A stretch of 35,566 nucleotides of DNA from Monocercomonoides exilis PA203 (Eukaryota > Protista > Preaxostyla): contig LSRY02000088.1 in assembly GCA_001643675.2 (NCBI GenBank), positions 1 through 35,566 of the forward strand, written 5' to 3'. Below are positions 1 through 10,300 of this stretch, one piece after another (position 1 is the stretch's first letter; every line of letters begins with the position of its first letter). The notes below the pieces were generated by a model. The model had not been told where the DNA came from. It saw nothing but the letters and a program-made list of their open reading frames with translations, and did no database searches. The translations under genes were made by a program, and so were the position numbers.

Positions 1-1573
1 TTAACCCTAACCCTAACCTCTAACCCTAACCCTAACCTAACCCTAACCCTAACCCTAACCCTAACCCTAACCCTAACCCTAACCCTAACCCTAACCTAAC
101 CCTAACCTAACCTAGTTTAACCTCTAACCCCTAACCCTAACCCTAACCCTAACCTAACCCTAACCCTAACCCTAACCCTAACCCTAACCCCTAACCCTAA
201 CCTAACCCTAACCCTAACCCTAACCCCTAACCCTAACCCTAACCCTAACCCTAACCCTAACCCTAACCCTAACCCTAACCCTAACCCTAACCCTAACCCT
301 AACCTAAACCTAACCCTAAACCTAACCCTGAACCCTAACCCTAACCCTAACCCTAACCCTAACCCTAACCCTAACCCTAACCCTAACCCTAACCCTAACC
401 CTAACCCTAACCCTAACCCTAACCCTAACCCTAACCCTAACCCTAACCCTAACCCTAACCCCTACCCTAACCCTAACCCTAACCCTAACCCTAACCCTAA
501 CCCTAACCCTAACCCTAACCCTAACCCTAACCCTAACCCTAACCCTAACCCTAACCCTAACCCTAACCCTAACCCTAACCCTAACCCTAACCCTAACCCT
601 AACCCTAACCCTAACCCTACCCCTAACCCTAACCCTAACCCTAACCCTAACCCTAACCCTAACCCTAACCCTAACCCTAACCCTAACCCTAACCTAACCC
701 TAACCCTAACCCTAACCTAACCTAACCCTAACCCTAACCCTAACCTAGTTTAACCTCTAACCCTAACCCTTAACCCCAACCCTAACCCTAACCTAACCCC
801 TAACCCCTAACCTAGTTTGAACCTAACCCTAACCCTAACCCTAACCTAACCTAACCCTAAACCCTAACCTAACCTAACCCTAACCCTAACCCTAACCCTA
901 ACCTAACCCTAACCCTAACCCTAACCCTAACCCTAACCCTAACCCTAACCCTAACCCTAACCCTAACCCTAACCCTAACCTAGTTTGTAACCCTAACCCT
1001 AACCTAACCCTAACCCTAACCCTAACCCTAACCCTAACCCTAACCCTAACCCTAACCCTAACCCTAACCCTAACCCTAACCCTAACCCTAACCCTAACCC
1101 TAACCCTAACCCTAACCCTAACCCTAACCCTAACCCTAACCTAACCCTAACCCTAACCCTAACCCTAACCCTAACCCTAACCCTAACCCTAACCCTAACC
1201 CTAACCCTAACCCTAACCCCTAACCCTAACCCTAACCCTAACCTAACCCTAACCTAACCCTAACCTAACCCTAACCCTAACCCTAACCTAACCCTAACCC
1301 TAACCTAGTCTGAACCCTAACCCTAACCTAACCCTAACCCTAACCTAACCCTAACCTAACCTAACCTAACCTAACCTAACCCTAACCCTAACCCTAACCC
1401 TAACCCTAACCTAACCCTAACCCTAACCCTAACCTAAACCCTAACCCTAACCCTAACCCTAACCCTAACCCTAACCCTAACCCTAACCCTAACCTAACCC
1501 TAACCCTAACCCTAACCCTAACCCCTAACCCTAACCCTAACCTAACCCTAACCCTAACCCTAACCCTAACCTA
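1..1573. repeat. Telomeric repeat array (CCCTAA)n / (TTAGGG)n at a chromosome left end
   Basis: Continuous CCCTAA hexamers from base 1 to ~1573, with scattered CCTAA/CCCCTAA variants. The C-rich strand is at the 5' end, as expected for a left telomere. Confidence 0.99.
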
Positions 1574-1642
1574 TTTATACTGACACATGCATGGCTTAAT
1601 CTTTGAGACAAGCATATGACTACTGGCAGAATCGACCAGATA
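1574..1642 (-). rRNA. 18S (SSU) rRNA 5'-terminal fragment (~70 nt), truncated by the telomere
   Basis: The reverse complement reads TATCTGGTCGATTCTGCCAGTAGTCATATGCTTGTCTCAAAGATTAAGCCATGCATGTGTCAGTATAAA, the conserved eukaryotic SSU 5' end. It then runs straight into TAGGTTAGGG. Confidence 0.97.
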
Positions 1643-3181
1643 CATTTATATATAGAAAAAAACATTAACTAAAAATTCATTCAACTAATGTTTTTTTCTA
1701 ATATAAAATAATATATATCATATTGTTTTATTCAAAAGCAACATAATATAGTATTTTAGTCATAATTATTAAAACATCACCATTCACAAAGATTGATGAT
1801 ATTTCAAGAATAGACACAATATTTTCCCTTCTCAAATATTAACACATTATTTTCTTTCAGATAAACTCAATAACTGATATTAAAGTTATTGAGTCATCCA
1901 ATCATAATCATTAATATTTGTATTATCACAATGTAATCTCAATATCAAAACACTTTTCTCATCATCATCAAAAAGAAGATAATATAAAAAGCTCTGATAG
2001 ATCATTACAATATGATTTTTCATTCGCATCTTACAATTATATTTTCACCTTTTGAAAAAGTGGCAAATAATTGTAACAGTTCAAATACTTTCAACAAATA
2101 GAAACATGACATTTATGTCTTCAAACAAACAAACAATAATATATATTTGTTCATTTTGATTTCATCATTGTCACATTCTATCTCTCGATAGTCAAATCCA
2201 ACCCCCACATATTAGGCAACCAAAACCCAATAGTTTCTATGTGCAATAACAATCCATCTGAATTTAATCAATGATATACACATATACATATCGACCACAC
2301 CACACATATAGACAAGGTCTCGACTTCATGAAGTACTCTTTTCTACAATATTCAAACGAGTCAACATACATGGATTTCCAAGAACAAAAACACCCCAAAC
2401 ACTTTCACACAAATCCCCACATTGTTGCTTTTCTAAAATCAAGCAGTTCTCAAAGACAGATTCATTGCATCCAAATCAAACTACTTCACCCCACATGACC
2501 ATATACTATACTGCCTCACAACACACATTCACTACTAGCATAGCACTCTCTCACAACAACTTTTCAGACTAATCGATTTTATTAGAGCCATTTTCATCTC
2601 TTCATCCAACATTTTTACACATCAGACTCAAAGATTCAAACAACTCACTTTATTATTCGACCCATCTGATCAGCCATTGCTACCAGAAGATGTTTTCATA
2701 AAACATGTATTGCTTAGCCCTTATATACAATCACATGTTGCTTTTCATTCCAATCAGACCCAACAAACCCATCCCTTTTGAACCACCTTCATTTATACTT
2801 CACACTCAGTGAGTTTCTGTATAATCATGCAAAGGTATTTCATTCAAAGAGACACATACATATTATTCCCATTCAAATACCATATACTATCTTCCTTAAC
2901 ATAAAAAGCCAACTCACCTATTTTGCTATACATATGACATAATACTATATACATATATATACAATAGACCACTATTACACAATGCCTCAGTCTAATAGAC
3001 ATCCCCCTATATAAATTTTTCATTCTAAATCCACTTTTTTCCCTATGGAGTTTCATATACAAGTCACACTTCTATACTAACCCCATATCACATAAGCCCT
3101 GGCTCAGACTATCCTCGCCAGACAACTTTTGTCGAAAAAAAATGAAGTCAGAAAAAAAATTTTTTCGGGGGGTGTCCCCCT
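1643..3181 (-). other. Putative 5' external transcribed spacer (5' ETS) of pre-rRNA
   Basis: Lies immediately upstream of the SSU 5' end. The minus strand is G/T-skewed and has several local stem-loops (e.g. agaaaaaaacatta/taatgttttttttct at ~1654-1699). The skew ends at ~3120-3180, where spacer repeats begin. The upstream boundary is inferred. Confidence 0.75.
3003..3013 (-). promoter_or_regulatory. Candidate Pol I initiation site 1 (TATATAGGGGG)
   Basis: The minus strand reads TATATAGGGGG, matching the plant rDNA initiation consensus, in the rRNA sense orientation. Pol I promoters are lineage-specific, so the match may be coincidental. Confidence 0.3.
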
Positions 3182-3189
3182 AAGTATAC
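3176..3189 (-). promoter_or_regulatory. Candidate Pol I initiation site 2 (GTATACTTAGGGGG)
   Basis: A similar TATA-like/AGGGGG motif, located at the boundary between the skewed ETS-like sequence and the repeat-rich spacer. Confidence 0.35.
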
Positions 3190-3200
3190 TTCCGTAAAAA

Positions 3201-3527
3201 TCCCCGACAGCCCGCACCCCAAATACCATCTTTTCCAAAAAACTCATAGACTCAATTACACTACGCCGAGGTTTTCGCGTTTTTTTCCATTTTTCATACT
3301 AGAATTACACTACGAAAACGAGGTCATCGAAAAACCTGCTTTGATACTAAAAAATCTCAAAATTACACTACGCCCCGAAAACCTCGGCGTAGTGTAATAA
3401 GGATGATTTTGATACTAGAAAATATCGGCTAGTATCAAAAGTGCCCCAAATACACTACGCCGCGAAAACCTCGGCCTAGTGAAAATGCCCAAAAATGATA
3501 CTAGAAAAATACTCAATGAAAATTTTT
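3201..3527 (+). repeat. Left arm of a ~325-bp inverted repeat with internal TACACTACGCC / GATACTA sub-repeats
   Basis: Blocks such as aaaaactcatagactcaa, gaaaaacctgctttgatactaaaaaa and gtagtgtaataaggatga occur as reverse complements, in mirrored order, within 4842-5166. Confidence 0.92.
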
Positions 3528-3629
3528 AGTATCCTTCCATAGTGTTTCTTGGGATGGGGACACACCAAAGCCTTGCCACTACCACACCACCTTGTGTATG
3601 CCCTCGCTGCCTTTCATCTGGTTTTTTGT

Positions 3630-4822
3630 TCCAGCCTTCCAGCTCTTAAGCCTGGTGCGCTATGCCCACTTCAATCTTTCCATACGAAATGCCCCTATGA
3701 AAAGTCACTTTTTCTCACACTGCTGCTGGAGCAGCCAGAGGAGTGGAGTGGAATGCCTATGGGAACGTAGCGGCAGAGCATACGCACATACTCATACCAT
3801 CAGCTAGCCTGTAAGTTATGACCGATAAAAAGATACAAGGGTTGGAATGTGTGAGGGTCCTATATGAAAAAGTGGAAAATCATTCAAAAATGTTAGTATA
3901 TTGAGTATAGTGAAAAGTGTATAAGTGCAGTGGGAATTGTAGTTGGATAGTTGGATAGAGAGAGTGAGGAGCTAGACCCTCTATGGCATTTAGAACTTTC
4001 CAGCTCTTAACCCTGTGGAGCTATGATCCAACAAACATAAGGGGGTCCAAGTATAAAATTTCATAGAAAAAGGAGTTTTTCATAGGAAGGATAGTAGTAT
4101 ATCGACCATAGATATAAGGGAAGTTGAGTAGTGGCAATGGCGATAGCACCAATGGATAGAGCAAGTGTGGAGCGAGTTTCCCTATGGCATCGAGAACTTT
4201 CCCAGATTCCTGTGTGATTCACTGCAGGCCAGCCAATGAGGGGGGTCCAAGTCACTCAAAATGTCAATGGAAAATACTCACTTTTTCTGGCACTGCCCTC
4301 AGCCCAGCCACAGCCCACCAGCCGAATGTGTGCCACATTGTACCTGCAGGGCATGCCCACCCCACAGCACCATTGGCATGTCTGTAAGTTATGACCGATC
4401 AAAAGATATGAGAGTGGGAACATAAGGGGTCCCCTATGAAAAATGAACCTTTTTCATTCAAAGATGTCAGTATATTGAGTATAGTGAAAAGGGATATAGA
4501 CCGAGGGCAAAGACATTACTACCATTGGATACTCGAAGAGCACAGCTACTTGCCCTATGGCATCTAGAACTTTCCAGCTCTTGAAGGTAATTCCCTATGA
4601 CCCATGGAATACACAGGGTCCATAGCATAAAATATCATTGAGAAAGTGTTTTTCATAGGAAAGATATGAGTATTTTGTGTATAACTTCAAGGCAATCCAA
4701 CTGAGCCCGATGAGATTACCACCATTGTGTAGAGCGAGTGTGCAGCGAGACCCTCTATGGCAACGAGAAGTTTCGCTGACTTGCCCCTGAGGCGCTATGA
4801 GTCTGTGAACATGGGGGGTCCA
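3630..4822 (+). repeat. Degenerate ~190-bp tandem repeats with a ~573-bp higher-order unit
   Basis: GGGTCC recurs at ~3856, 4043, 4243, 4427, 4616 and 4816. ctgtaagttatgaccgat recurs at 3809 and 4382. agtatattgagtatagtgaaaag and tagaactttccagctctt each recur ~573 bp apart. Confidence 0.85.
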
Positions 4823-4841
4823 CAGTGTATTTTTCATAGAG

Positions 4842-5166
4842 AAATTTCATTGACAAAATTTTCTAGTATCAAAAACCTCGAAATACACTACGCCGAGGTT
4901 TTCGAAGTGTAGTGTAATTTGGTCACTTTTCCTAGGAGCTCAAATTTCTAGTATCAAATTCATCCTTATTACACTACACAACGAAAACCTCGGCGTAGTG
5001 TAATTTTCCCTTTTTTTAGTATCAAAGCAGGTTTTTCAGGCATTCCATTTTCATAGTGTATTTCTAGTATCAAAAGTCACAAAAATCGAGGAAACCTCGG
5101 TGTAGTAAAGTTGAGTCTATGAGTTTTTCGAAAAAGATGGATTTTCGGGTCTGGGCACCTGGGGTC
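4842..5166 (-). repeat. Right arm of the ~325-bp inverted repeat
   Basis: Its reverse complement aligns colinearly with 3201-3527, e.g. ttgagtctatgagttttt, tttttagtatcaaagcaggtttttc and tcatccttattacactac. Confidence 0.92.
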
Positions 5167-5298
5167 TTTAACCATATTTGAGGTTTTTTCATTGAAAGTG
5201 ACAGAACAAAACCCAGTGCACAGCCCACCCAGCCGGCCCGGCCCACAGCCCACATACCAGACCCCACCCACTGCACAGCCCTGGCCCCCCGCTACACC

Positions 5299-5970
5299 GT
5301 CACTTTTGTTTCTGGAGCTCTCCCTCCAACACCTGAGGAGATAGGTTCGTTGAAAGAGAGGGGGTACCTCAATGGCTGGCTCAGTCATTTTTCACTCACT
5401 TTTTCTCACACCACCGCCCAGCCAGCCAGCCCAGCCACACTCCCACCACCCAGCCTTGTAGCCACTGCCCCCACGCCCACTCTGCCCACATCAGCCAAGC
5501 TGTAAGTTATGACCGATAAAAAGATACAGCCCAATGAAGATGGTTTTCCAGTCTGTTTTCCCAGTGAAAAAAGTGAGTGTCTGACCCACCCAGCCAGAAG
5601 GATACACAGGCGCCCAGCAGCACCCTGCCCAGCGTGCAGCCACAGTCTGTGCGCACACTGTCACTTTTGTTTCTGGAGCTCTGGCTCCAACACCTGAGTT
5701 TCTATAACCACCTGAACATTGTACCCTCAGTCACTTTTTCTGACTGGGGAAATATATGATATGTCCAATAGAGCCAGGCCAAGCCACAGGGCCTGCCCAG
5801 CCATAGGCCCAGCACATAGCCCGCCTCACTCGCTACTTGCCCTGTGGCCTTTGCCAGCCCTGCCCATCAGCCCTTCCACAGATATCCTCCACTCAACTCC
5901 TTTTTCAGTCAAACTCAAATTGAGTCTGTGAGTTTTTCGAAAAAGATGGCACTTCGAGGTCGGGCAGTCA
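5299..5970 (+). repeat. C-rich spacer sub-repeats
   Basis: A 39-bp direct repeat at 5299-5337 and 5660-5698 (2 mismatches). A third copy of ctgtaagttatgaccgataaaaagataca at 5500. A third copy of the arm terminus (ttgagtctgtgagtttttcgaaaaagatgg) at ~5920-5949. Confidence 0.85.
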
Positions 5971-8355
5971 AGATCACATAGAAAAATTATCATAGAAAAA
6001 ATTCAATTTTCATAGAAAAAATATATTGCTGACATGGTTTCTTGGCAACCACTGGGCCAATCTCTTAGCAATTACACCACATCCTACCCCCACTAACATT
6101 CCCCAACATATCCCTCTAACTCCGATCACTTGCCCTCCCTTCACTCTCCACAGCTTCACCAAGTCAATACCCCCCAGTCACTTTTCTATGTGGAAAATCA
6201 GAACCGAACTCAAAACAACTAGCCGCTCGGTTTTCTCAGCAACCACTGGGCCGATCGAAACGCCGTTTGGCCACATCCGGGCATGGGTTACTGTGCCGGT
6301 CATATGTGTTTCGATTCAGCCACTTGCCCCTGGTTCGCTCTCTGTGACTTCACCAACCAGGCACCCCCAGTCACCTTCAAAAAATTTATTTCTTTTCTGG
6401 ACAGCCTGCCAGACCCCCGCCACCAACACCCATATGCATGCTATTACCGCACTATATGCACATATATCATATATTAATATCAAATTTATCTGGCCATAAC
6501 TTCTGGAGTTATACTCGATTTACCTCAAAAATGACCATTTTCACTCAAAAATACGATTATAACTCAGAAACTACAAAAAAGCGTATCCAACCAAAAATCA
6601 CCAATATACAACATTATAACTCATATTCATCCATGGAATCATATTTTATATTTGCTTTGAAATTTTCGAGAAAAAAAATATTTTCCGATTTTTCAGTCAA
6701 AATCACCAACTTGTCCGCACTGCCCTGCCACAACCGCTCGGTAGAAAAAATTTAGATTCGAGTATGTTTATAAGGGGCCCACGTCCTTGCCACCTGCCAA
6801 TTATCAAAGGAATCTGAGACCCCATATTTTTCGGTCGTTGATCTAAGATCACCACTTTTTCAGTCAAAATCTTCATATCACATTTTCTCACTAACCAGAC
6901 CAATCTGGCCCGAGAAAAAAATTCAGCGGACTATTCGCGAATTATCCGAACTTTTTGTGTTTTCATAAGTTTCGATCACAACTTTCATAAAAACCGATTT
7001 TCACCAATTTTTCATTTTTTCTGACTAACTTGAGCTAAATTCAACTTAATCAGAAAAAATCAAAATTTCACATTTTTCGAATTTTTGATCATGACTTCAA
7101 AAATTCACAAATGGTCCAACTAACACTCCTGTAAAGTCTCACGGCTTAGAAAAATTTATTTATCGAGATATTTTTAAAAAAATTTCGAAAACTTTGAATG
7201 AAAAAATTATATTTAACATATTATTCCACAATTTGAATCAATTAATTCTTTATTTTAATATCAATCAATTCCTCTCATAATATTACCCATATGCATAACT
7301 TTTCATCAACCACTAATTCCTTCTTCTTATGAAAAAAAATTTTTTTTAAAAAAATGTTTGATCTTGATCAAAACCATTTTTCTATGTTAAGAATTCGACT
7401 TCTCAAAAACTGTTTGTTACCAATCTTACTATACACCAACACACTCCCCACCCCTCATAACCTATACAAAATATTATTTTCAAATTAATTTGTTCATGGA
7501 ATAAATAGAAAAATATTAATTAAGATTGAAAATTATGGAAAAAAATTTATTTCATAAGATAATTTCTTTTAATATTAAAAATAAAAATAATAGAGATGTA
7601 TTAAATGGTTATAATTTATTTGATAATAAAATTGAGATGGGATGATAGTTATAAAAAAATAAAAAAATTAATTTATATTCGAAAAAAGAGTGAAAAAATG
7701 AAAAAAAATTTTTATCTTCAAAATTGTTGAACAGACTCACTTCAAAAAAATATTCAATATACTATATTATATCAACATTATTTCTAATTTTTTTCAATGG
7801 AAGATCAAACTTTGTTATTGAGATAAAAAAATATTTTAAAAAATGAAAAAATTAAAAAAATTATATCATCACAAAGAACAGTTGAATTCAATTGGTTTTT
7901 TTGTATAATATAATAAATATAATATAGGTGATAATAATGTAAAAGAATATTGATATTGATGGTTGGTTCTGAGCAAACAAAAAAGTATCTTATTTTTGTT
8001 GATATTTCAGAATGTTATATTTTCATTATTATTCAACCACAACTAACAATATTCTTCCAATTATATCATCACAATTAATATTTTCATATTACACATCTTC
8101 CATCCAATTTTCATCAATTTCTGAAAAAATAAAAAAATTTTATAAAAAAATATAAAGTTGGAAAAAAATAATAATTGATCATATCTTCACATATTCTTAT
8201 CAGATTTTAGTAAAAATTATATCAAAATATAAGTGAAGAAGAGCAGTTAAAACGATAATTTATCAGAGAAAAGTTTCATATTTTTAAAAAATAATTAATA
8301 CAAAAATATCGATTTTCTTCATTGAAAATAACCTCTTTTTTTGTTTATTTTGAAA

Positions 8356-8478
8356 AATTTTCTCGCTAACCGCGAGGTCAGTGTCACTTCACTCGCGCTA
8401 CTACTCCGGTAGCGCTCGCTGGATGAAATCTGCGCACATCATTCCTGCGCGCAGATATTCATCCATCTCGCGAAAATT
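8356..8478. other. GC-rich multi-hairpin island in the AT-rich spacer
   Basis: Stems: ctcgc/gcgag (8362-8376), gcgctac/gtagcgc (8395-8415) and tggatgaa-atctgcgc/gcgcagat-a-ttcatcca (8420-8465), closed by aattttc/gaaaatt. Confidence 0.7.
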
Positions 8479-8666
8479 ATAGAGAAAGAGTTAAAAGATA
8501 ATAAAAAAAGAAAGTTGTTTTATTAATAATTTTTGAGGGGGAAGGGCAAAAATTTTCAATGTGAATTTGAAGACCCTCATAATTGTATGTCATAAGAGGA
8601 ACAATTTGGTGGGGTCAAATCAAAGAAAGAATCACTTTTTCTGATTGGAAAGAGTCCCACCCAAAT

Positions 8667-8738
8667 GGCCGACGCGCCACACGGCAAAAGTTCGGTCGCT
8701 TTCGCTCCCCGCCCTTTTGCCGCGTTTGTCGCGCGGCC
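8667..8738. other. Second GC-rich hairpin island
   Basis: ggccg(a)cgcg (8667-8676) pairs with cgcgcggcc (8730-8738). cggcaaaag (8682-8690) pairs with cttttgccg (8714-8722). Confidence 0.7.
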
Positions 8739-8789
8739 CCCACCCCACGTGGAGGTCTCTTCCTTATTCCTTTATTTTTTTTTCCCCTC

Positions 8790-9150
8790 TTTTTTTCTTT
8801 TTTTTAATGGAGTTAGAAACTTTTTTTGAAATTATCAATTTTTGAGTCAAAAAATACTTCAAAGAAATGATAACTTAAGCAATGTGCAACCATGATGAAC
8901 ATGATTAACACATGCTATCATCACTTAGAAGTTGTTTTTATTCACTCCTTTTATGAGAGTTAGAAACTTTTTTCTTTCAGTCAAAAAATTGACTCAAAAA
9001 AACTTCAAAGAAATGATGAATATTAACCAATTTGGATAATATCATCATCTTTTTGAAGATATTTCTTTTTACTCCCTTTAAGAGAATAAGAAACTTTATT
9101 TTGAAATCTTCAAAATTTTTGATTCAAAAAAGTTTCATCCTAAATGACTT
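8790..9150. repeat. Three degenerate ~130-150-bp direct repeats downstream of the LSU 3' end (candidate Pol I terminator / fork barrier)
   Basis: gagttagaaacttttt at 8810 and 8957, and gaataagaaacttt at 9084. Each is followed by a ttga(g/c/t)tcaaaaaa block, and copies 1-2 share acttcaaagaaatgat. Function is inferred from position only. Confidence 0.7.
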
Positions 9151-9420
9151 TTTCCCACATTGGATTCCCTCAAATTCCCATTTATTTTTTCCTTTCCCAA
9201 AAAAGAACAGTTTATTTTGGGGGGTAGTACTTCATCCATGGTATTATTAAGGCTTTCCAATCATCCGTCGTTAATGTTTTTTTTCAATGTTTTCATATTC
9301 AATCATTCATACGTTTTCAAGCTGAAAAGAGAATATCTATGAATTTTAAAACATTGACTTGTGGGGGAGGGTTGATAGACGGACTTTTTTTTAATCAATG
9401 ACTTAATCAAAAATTTTTAA

Positions 9421-10262
9421 ATTGGACAATATTCAGAGTTAAGCCTCAGTAAATCGTGCAAACAAAACACTCTGAGACGCACAGCCCTCTGATAACTCGG
9501 ATTCGTCTAATCCGTCCTTCTCAGGCATGACCCCTTTACCAATATTCTCATTTATCTTTACAATAGCCAGGCAAAAATGGTCCAGCAGATGAAACGTTTA
9601 ATTCCAAACTAATGAAATCCGTTTAATATACATCTACCAAATGTTTTTATTGGACCAACCGTTCCGGCCAAATCTTTCAAAGGCGGTACAACCAATCCTT
9701 CAAGATCCTCGACTTGGAAATAAAATATCTCAATTTCCTTATAAATTTACTCCCTTGCAAAGCAGTATAATATAGAATCTCAGTCTATATACCAACTTCG
9801 ATCCACAAGGCATTTAAAGGAGATACAAGACCCATCACAATATATTCTAGTCATATATGTTATTCTACAGCACACCTGGAAGATACGACCCCATTTACAC
9901 ACATCCCATTACAGGATCTTCCCTTATCCAATCGTCGCCGACCGTAGATAGGAGGGTTGTCAAATATCCTCGATGGCCATGGTCTTAATTTCCATATCTC
10001 TATTTTTATCTAAAAATCAATCTTTCCTTTGCAGGAAACATGCCCAGGAGATTATCAATATAATCCTTCGATTGTCATATTAGCTAGATCTGGAATAGAT
10101 TCTGACTTAGAGGCGTTCAGTCATAATCTAACGTATGGTAGCTTCGCGGCACTAGTTTCTCAACTAACCGCAAATGCCAATTATACGATTCTAGGGTTCC
10201 TCTCGTACTTACTAGAATTACCATCTTGACAATACTCGCTATTCATCAGTAGGGTAAAACTA

Positions 10263-10300
<38 letters not shown>

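Larger units (their letters stand above)
3182..9420. other. rDNA intergenic spacer (including 3' ETS), apparently complete
   Basis: Lies between the LSU 3' end (~9421) and the 5' ETS/SSU of the next unit in the same orientation. It is repeat-rich and has no credible ORFs. Confidence 0.85.

Noticed and set aside
3240-5140. CRISPR-like array (palindromic repeats with spacers)
   Set aside because: The repeats are degenerate, irregularly spaced and in both orientations. The context is a eukaryotic rDNA spacer with no cas genes.
8356-8760. 5S rRNA or tRNA gene in the spacer
   Set aside because: No 5S conserved blocks or tRNA T-loop/D-loop consensus are visible on either strand.
2271-10229. Short ORFs listed across the ETS, spacer and LSU
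   Set aside because: They have no recognisable domains, mirror the repeats and strand skew, and overlap rDNA.
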